From positions 1 to 64,000 of IMG/VR virus record IMGVR_UViG_3300032219_002227: a DNA stretch of 64,000 nucleotides. The stretch is one strand, 5' to 3'. The stretch is from a virus. Its lineage: Duplodnaviria; Caudoviricetes. Below are positions 59,052 to 64,000 of the stretch, piece by piece; position 1 is the stretch's first letter, and each line of letters begins with the position of its first letter. The notes under the pieces are model-generated. The model worked only from the letters and a program-made list of their open reading frames with translations. It did not search any database and had not been told where the DNA came from. Made by a program: the position numbers and the translations under genes.

Positions 59052-59651
59052 ATGGACATTAATAAATTAAAAGGACATATCCCAGACAGCGTTATAACAC
59101 AACTTCCAGACACAATTGCTAAATTTGAATTGAACACTCCGTTACGTTTAGCTCACTTCTTAGCTCAAGCAGGTCATGAATCTGGTGGATTTAAAGCAGT
59201 AAATGAAAACTTAAATTATGGTGCTAAAGGTTTGTTAGGTATATTTAAAAAATATTTTCCAACTCCTGAAAAAGCAGCTTTATATGAGCGCAAACCAGAA
59301 AAAATTGCTAATCTAGTTTATGGTGGTAGAATGGGTAATGGTCCTGAAGCATCAGGTGAAGGATATAAATTTCGCGGACGTGGATATATCCAGTTAACAG
59401 GTAAAGATAACTATAAAGCATTTGACGCTGTAGTATCTGAAGCTATTGTTGATAATCCAGATTTAGTTGCTACTAAATATCCATTGTTATCTGCTGCTTG
59501 GTTCTTCCATAAAAATGGATTACATAAAATTGCAGATAAAGGTGCTACTGATGCTATAGTAACAGAAGTTACAAAGCGTGTAAATGGTGGTACTATTGGT
59601 TTAGCTGACAGAATTAAACATTTTAAAGAATATTTTGCTTTGTTAAAATAA
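59052..59651 (+). CDS. GH19 endolysin
   Basis: RLAHFLAQAGHESGGF, ENLNY, FRGRGYIQLTGKDNY, VNGG. Confidence 0.93.
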   Translation: MDINKLKGHIPDSVITQLPDTIAKFELNTPLRLAHFLAQAGHESGGFKAVNENLNYGAKGLLGIFKKYFPTPEKAALYERKPEKIANLVYGGRMGNGPEASGEGYKFRGRGYIQLTGKDNYKAFDAVVSEAIVDNPDLVATKYPLLSAAWFFHKNGLHKIADKGATDAIVTEVTKRVNGGTIGLADRIKHFKEYFALLK

Positions 59652-59689
59652 TTTGAAAGTCAAAATAAAAGTTATATATTTAAAGAGTT

Positions 59690-60184
59690 ATGTGGAGAAT
59701 AAAACAATTTTTTAAAAGTATTAATAATCTAATAAGGTGGTTTCCCATTATCTGGAAAGACAGAGACTGGGATGACCACTTTATTTTTGAAATACTCAAA
59801 TTCAAACTTAAGAATCAAGCTAAGTATATTGGAAATAAAGATAGACATGTATCTGCTAAACGTGATGCTGAAAAAATGATGTTGTGTGTTCGTTTAATTG
59901 AAAAGGTACAGGATGAATATTATGGAACAGAATATTTTGATTATCATGAATCAAAATTAAATTTTATAGACAGCAAATCACATCCAGGAATGTATGAAAT
60001 GGAAGTAGATTATATTTCAGAACATTTTAATGATTATTTTAAAAAATACCCTCGTATTTATAACCAGGTTAAAACTGAAGATAGACATAAAACTGCATTT
60101 AATATAGCTAGAATAAATGAAGAACGAGCACATAAATTATTATTTAAAATATTAGAACAAAACATTAGAAGATGGTGGGATTAA
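59690..60184 (+). CDS. Hypothetical phage protein
   Basis: IWKDRDWD...WWD; preceded by a host-type promoter. Confidence 0.75.
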   Translation: MWRIKQFFKSINNLIRWFPIIWKDRDWDDHFIFEILKFKLKNQAKYIGNKDRHVSAKRDAEKMMLCVRLIEKVQDEYYGTEYFDYHESKLNFIDSKSHPGMYEMEVDYISEHFNDYFKKYPRIYNQVKTEDRHKTAFNIARINEERAHKLLFKILEQNIRRWWD

Positions 60185-60327
60185 TTATTTTAATTACTTT
60201 AACAGTACTATTATTAGGTTCATTAATTTGGTTATGGGTTGGTAGTATTGAGTATATGGCTAAAAACCACCCTGATTATAAGGGAGAAGATTTCTTTAAT
60301 GAAGAAGATAAAAATGAAATATTATGA
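60172..60327 (+). CDS. 51-aa single-TM protein (not in ORF track)
   Basis: MVGLIILITLTVLLLGSLIWLWVGSIEYMAKNHPDYKGEDFFNEEDKNEIL. Confidence 0.7.
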   Translation: MVGLIILITLTVLLLGSLIWLWVGSIEYMAKNHPDYKGEDFFNEEDKNEIL

Positions 60328-60413
60328 TAGTAAAAGTTCTAAGCACAGGGGTAAATTAGAACATGAAAGATATAAAGATAATTAATCTAATATTTATCTA
60401 AAAATACAAGTCT

Positions 60414-61220
60414 ATGTACTTACAAGCAGTCACTGTCTGTGTTAATTATTCCGATTTCCTAGCTCAAACCATCGCTCACAACAAACAGTTATTTGATCAT
60501 TGGATTATTGTTACAACACCTGAGGATGTAAAAACACAACGTTTGTGTCAACACCACAATGTTGAATGTTTAAAAACTAATCAGTTTACAGAACATGGAG
60601 ATCCTTTTAACAAAGCTAGAGGTATAAATGTAGCGTTGGATTATATGTCTAAACACGATTGGGTGTTGCACATTGATGCCGATATGTATTTACCTCCGCT
60701 TACTAGAGGTATATTAGAACGTATTTCACTTGATAAGAAAAATATCTACGGTATTGATAGAATGATGTGTCCTGATTTTGAATCATGGTTAAAGTATTTA
60801 ACTGATCCTGAACCAACTCATACAGGTTGGGTTTATATTCATGGTACTGCGTTTCCATTTGGTGTTCGTATTGGTGAGTATATGAGTGAAGGTTATGAAC
60901 CAATAGGATATTTTCAACTTTGGAATCCAAACGGCTCAGGAGTAAAACGTTATCCTGAAACACACGGTGCTGCTGATCGTACTGATGTACAGTTTGCTAA
61001 AAAATGGCCTCGTGTTAATCGTGTTTTGATACCTGAGATAATTGGTATTCATCTTGATAGTGAAAATGCTACTGTAGATGAAATGGGTAAAAATTGGAAT
61101 GGTAGAAAAACTAAAATGTTTGGTAGAGGTTATTCATTAGAAGAACCTAAGAAAAAACGATGTTGTTTTAATTTTAATAAATCAAAATCTCCAGATAAAC
61201 CTTGGTGGAAGGTTTGGTAA
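60414..61220 (+). CDS. GT2-like glycosyltransferase
   Basis: FNKARGIN, LHIDAD, GYFQLW. Confidence 0.78.
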   Translation: MYLQAVTVCVNYSDFLAQTIAHNKQLFDHWIIVTTPEDVKTQRLCQHHNVECLKTNQFTEHGDPFNKARGINVALDYMSKHDWVLHIDADMYLPPLTRGILERISLDKKNIYGIDRMMCPDFESWLKYLTDPEPTHTGWVYIHGTAFPFGVRIGEYMSEGYEPIGYFQLWNPNGSGVKRYPETHGAADRTDVQFAKKWPRVNRVLIPEIIGIHLDSENATVDEMGKNWNGRKTKMFGRGYSLEEPKKKRCCFNFNKSKSPDKPWWKVW

Positions 61221-61248
61221 TCCAAAACAATTAATTTAATTTTAGGTT

Positions 61249-61986
61249 ATGAAGACAATTGTATTGGGTGATACCCACGGACGTTCTAACTGGAAATTAG
61301 CAGTACATCAAGATAAACCTGATAGAGTTATCTTTATAGGTGACTACTTTGACTCATTTGAAATATCAGGTGTTGAGCAAATTGCTAACTTCAAAGAAAT
61401 TATCAAATATAAGGAAGATAACCCACAAGTTGAGGTTGTATTATTAATTGGTAATCATGATCACCATTACTTTCCCGAAATTGGTTATACTGGTACTAGT
61501 GGTTATCAATCCGGAATTGCACCTTCAATTAATCAAGTTATAGATGAAAATAGATATCATTTACAAATGGCTTATGGATTTGGAGAGTATTTATTCACTC
61601 ATGCTGGAGTAAGTCCTGTATTTATGGATCAGATATTTGGTGAAAATGATTGGAGTGTAGAAAATATAGTAGTAGATCTAAATGAAATGTTTAGATACAA
61701 ACCTAAAGCATTCGAGTTTAATGGTTTTGATGGTCACGGAGATAATACAACACAAACACCAATTTGGATTAGACCCAGGTCACTAATGAGTGCAAATAAG
61801 AAGCATTCTAAAGGAATAAAGAAACACTACATACAAATTGTAGGACATACACAGATGAGAAGACTAAGTGTAGAACTGTCTAAACAACTCACTGGTGGTA
61901 AATACTATTTTATTGATACAATGGAAACTACAGGAGAATACTTAATTATAGAAGACAATAAATTAAGAACGAATTCAGTAAAATAA
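61249..61986 (+). CDS. Calcineurin-like metallophosphoesterase
   Basis: GDTHG, GDYFD, GNHD, THAG, VGHT. Confidence 0.92.
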   Translation: MKTIVLGDTHGRSNWKLAVHQDKPDRVIFIGDYFDSFEISGVEQIANFKEIIKYKEDNPQVEVVLLIGNHDHHYFPEIGYTGTSGYQSGIAPSINQVIDENRYHLQMAYGFGEYLFTHAGVSPVFMDQIFGENDWSVENIVVDLNEMFRYKPKAFEFNGFDGHGDNTTQTPIWIRPRSLMSANKKHSKGIKKHYIQIVGHTQMRRLSVELSKQLTGGKYYFIDTMETTGEYLIIEDNKLRTNSVK

Positions 61987-61991
61987 ATGTT

Positions 61992-62597
61992 ATGAGTAAA
62001 TTAAAATATATACTACAAGATCTAAAATGGTTAAAGGTATTAAATAGCCCATTCAAACCATTTCGTGTTAGGTTTTATGCTGGTAAAACTAGAATAGGTA
62101 TTCCTTATTTTTATCCTAGAAAATGGGTTAAAGCTACTCCTGAATTAGCTAAAAAAGCAGCATTAAATACAATGCAATCTGAAAAGAGTTGGAATGAACG
62201 AAATCCTAATTATACTAGAAAAATAAAATCATACGAAGAGATATATCAAGAAAAACTAAAATATACATTCCCTGTTCCTCTTAAAGTTGGATTCAGTTAC
62301 TGTGGCTTAGGATGGAAAACAAAATGGACTGATACTGATTTTAGATATGAATGGGGTCCTGTACTATCATTTGTATTCTTTGGTTATCAAATAGCGTTGA
62401 TGGTAGGTCATAAACACAGCTCACATTATTGGGAAGCGTGGTTGTATTACGAATATGCCACAGATAAAACTAAATCTAAACGTGAACGAATAGAACAATG
62501 TAGAAAGGAATTTCCACAAACATGGACAGTATCTTCTATGGGCAAAGAAGAAATCGTAGATTACTATCAACTTATACTTAAAACTAAATATCTATGA
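61992..62597 (+). CDS. Hypothetical protein
   Basis: ORF within the operon. Confidence 0.72.
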   Translation: MSKLKYILQDLKWLKVLNSPFKPFRVRFYAGKTRIGIPYFYPRKWVKATPELAKKAALNTMQSEKSWNERNPNYTRKIKSYEEIYQEKLKYTFPVPLKVGFSYCGLGWKTKWTDTDFRYEWGPVLSFVFFGYQIALMVGHKHSSHYWEAWLYYEYATDKTKSKRERIEQCRKEFPQTWTVSSMGKEEIVDYYQLILKTKYL

Positions 62598-62905
62598 GAC
62601 ACGCAGAACGAAAAGCAAATAAAGAAAGACAATTTTTAAAGGAATTGATTGACAAAATGTTTGAATTTGCTGGCCATAATCTCAAATTTGAAGATGTTGA
62701 AGGTAGAAAAGATAACTGGTTCCAGCAATACACAATGACTGAAGCTCAAAATCAAGAGTGGAAAGAGTGGGGTGTGAAACATATTAAGAAGAAAAAACGC
62801 TATTATTCAAAAATAGCTGAGCGTGAAATGGCATTTCTTGACTTATATTGTGGATTAAAAATATCAGATTCTAAATATGGCAAAGAAGAAACAACCGAAG
62901 CGTGA
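62594..62905 (+). CDS. Hypothetical protein
   Basis: ATGA overlap. Confidence 0.72.
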   Translation: MRHAERKANKERQFLKELIDKMFEFAGHNLKFEDVEGRKDNWFQQYTMTEAQNQEWKEWGVKHIKKKKRYYSKIAEREMAFLDLYCGLKISDSKYGKEETTEA

Positions 62906-63080
62906 ATGGTTTATAGTAATGAACTCACAATTGGAATATTTTAGTGGAATGATGTATGGTGGTGAATTAGTATGGTGTAATGATTATAATGAAGCTAAAC
63001 CATTAGATAACGAACGTAAATTCCAAACATTGAAAAGTCTTTGTTATGGCGAAGAACTTATTTTAGATTATATTTCATGA
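62877..63080 (+). CDS. Hypothetical protein
   Basis: Overlapping ORF. Confidence 0.68.
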   Translation: MAKKKQPKREWFIVMNSQLEYFSGMMYGGELVWCNDYNEAKPLDNERKFQTLKSLCYGEELILDYIS

Positions 63081-63283
63081 GAACAGAACAAGAACGTTTA
63101 ATAAGTTATAGAGCAGCGTTTTTAGAGAAAGTTAAAAAATGGAAGTGGGAAGAGCCTGAAGAAAAAATTTGTAAAAAACGTGGTCGTAAAGTTAAAGTAA
63201 TAGATAAACGAATTGAATCTAAACCTCGATCAGAAGGTGAACGTAAAGTAGCACTTAAACAATCTAAATATAATTGGATATGA
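63077..63283 (+). CDS. Basic hypothetical protein (ATG at 63077 preferred)
   Basis: ATGA overlap, MRTEQERL... Confidence 0.62.
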   Translation: MRTEQERLISYRAAFLEKVKKWKWEEPEEKICKKRGRKVKVIDKRIESKPRSEGERKVALKQSKYNWI

Positions 63284-63501
63284 ATTCAGTACATGCTCTG
63301 CATTTTGACAAGTACAAAACAATTGATGGTACTTATTTTGGATTTGAAATTTTTGAAGAAATTTTTAAAGTAATCAATGAACGTGGTTATCAAAATAATG
63401 ATAATATGTTTAAAGCAGGAGTAGCTAGCTCAGAAGCAGCTGTTAGACGTTTGAGAGAAGAATACTATGAAGCTATATCTAAATCAATGATAGATATGTA
63501 G
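63274..63501 (+). CDS. Hypothetical protein
   Basis: ORF within the operon. Confidence 0.68.
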   Translation: MDMNSVHALHFDKYKTIDGTYFGFEIFEEIFKVINERGYQNNDNMFKAGVASSEAAVRRLREEYYEAISKSMIDM

Positions 63502-63515
63502 TGATATTTATAAGT

Positions 63516-64000
63516 ATGAAATACCTACTTACACTACTTATGCTTATTAGCATAGCGTTTGCTCAAGACACAATTACAATTGTACATAAAGCGTACAAGA
63601 CAACTTATAGTAAATCCAAAAACTACCCTGTTAAGGTAGAATGGTGGTTAACTAAAGCAATGGTAAGTTGTCCTACTAAAATAAAGCGAACAGATAATTT
63701 TGGACCTGATCCAAAACAAATAGCAAGTACCAACTTGCAGCAATATTATAATAACTCCGGTTACGATCGTGGTCATAATTTTCCTGCTGCAGATGGTGCT
63801 TGTGATGTTATTAGTATGACTGAGTCGTTTTATTTTTCAAATATGACTCCTCAAACACCTCAATTGAATAGGGGTGATTGGAAAATGGTTGAGGAATTAA
63901 CTCGTATAGAAGCACTACAAGATGATTCAGTACACGTTTGGGCTGGATCTGTAGGTGAAATAAAAAAAATAGGTAAAATGGCCATACCTAAACAATGCTG
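63516..64000 (+). CDS. Secreted DNA/RNA non-specific endonuclease (NucA/EndoG type), runs off the window
   Basis: Signal peptide MKYLLTLLMLISIAFA|Q; GYDRGH; SNMTPQTPQLNRGDW. Confidence 0.9.
   Translation, partial: MKYLLTLLMLISIAFAQDTITIVHKAYKTTYSKSKNYPVKVEWWLTKAMVSCPTKIKRTDNFGPDPKQIASTNLQQYYNNSGYDRGHNFPAADGACDVISMTESFYFSNMTPQTPQLNRGDWKMVEELTRIEALQDDSVHVWAGSVGEIKKIGKMAIPKQC

Noticed and set aside
1928-60963. Other short minus-strand or nested ORFs in the track (e.g. 1928, 5567, 21137, 21316, 22192, 25321, 47962, 60703)
   Set aside because: They lie within or overlap well-supported + strand genes and show no recognisable motifs
1-64000. Stop-codon reassignment
   Set aside because: Conserved genes are full length in code 11, and TAA, TAG and TGA all end genes

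Overview
A 64-kb segment of a large, AT-rich, T4-like/jumbo dsDNA phage genome, almost entirely on the + strand and using the standard genetic code. A Bacteroidota host is inferred from TTTG-N19/20-TAnnTTYA promoters, the general lack of Shine-Dalgarno sequences, a DUF4494-like gene and an AFA|Q signal peptide. The blocks, in order: (1) replication and nucleotide genes (5'-3' exonuclease, DnaB-like helicase, thioredoxin, class II RNR, later PolB, clamp, clamp loader). (2) A 7-deazaguanine locus (queD, TGT/DpdA-like, queC, queE, folE, PRTase, GT). (3) A collagen-like fibre with candidate modifying enzymes. (4) Hsp20, GroES, GroEL. (5) A ~26-kb nucleotide-sugar/glycosyltransferase locus. (6) ClpP-like protease and small genes. 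(7) An RNA island: an aberrant 159-nt tRNA-like RNA, two unexplained structured RNAs, tRNA-Leu(UAA) and tmRNA. (8) A lysis region where a PAS sensor fused to a 2-TM module sits directly before a GH19 endolysin. The most unusual signals are two genes each enclosed by a ~20-bp inverted repeat with a one-nucleotide bulge that starts at the predicted RNA 5' end (panhandle mRNAs), the PAS-TM gene in the lysis cassette, and the giant-variable-arm tRNA-like RNA with its neighbouring ncRNAs. All protein calls are motif recognition by eye; no database search was run.
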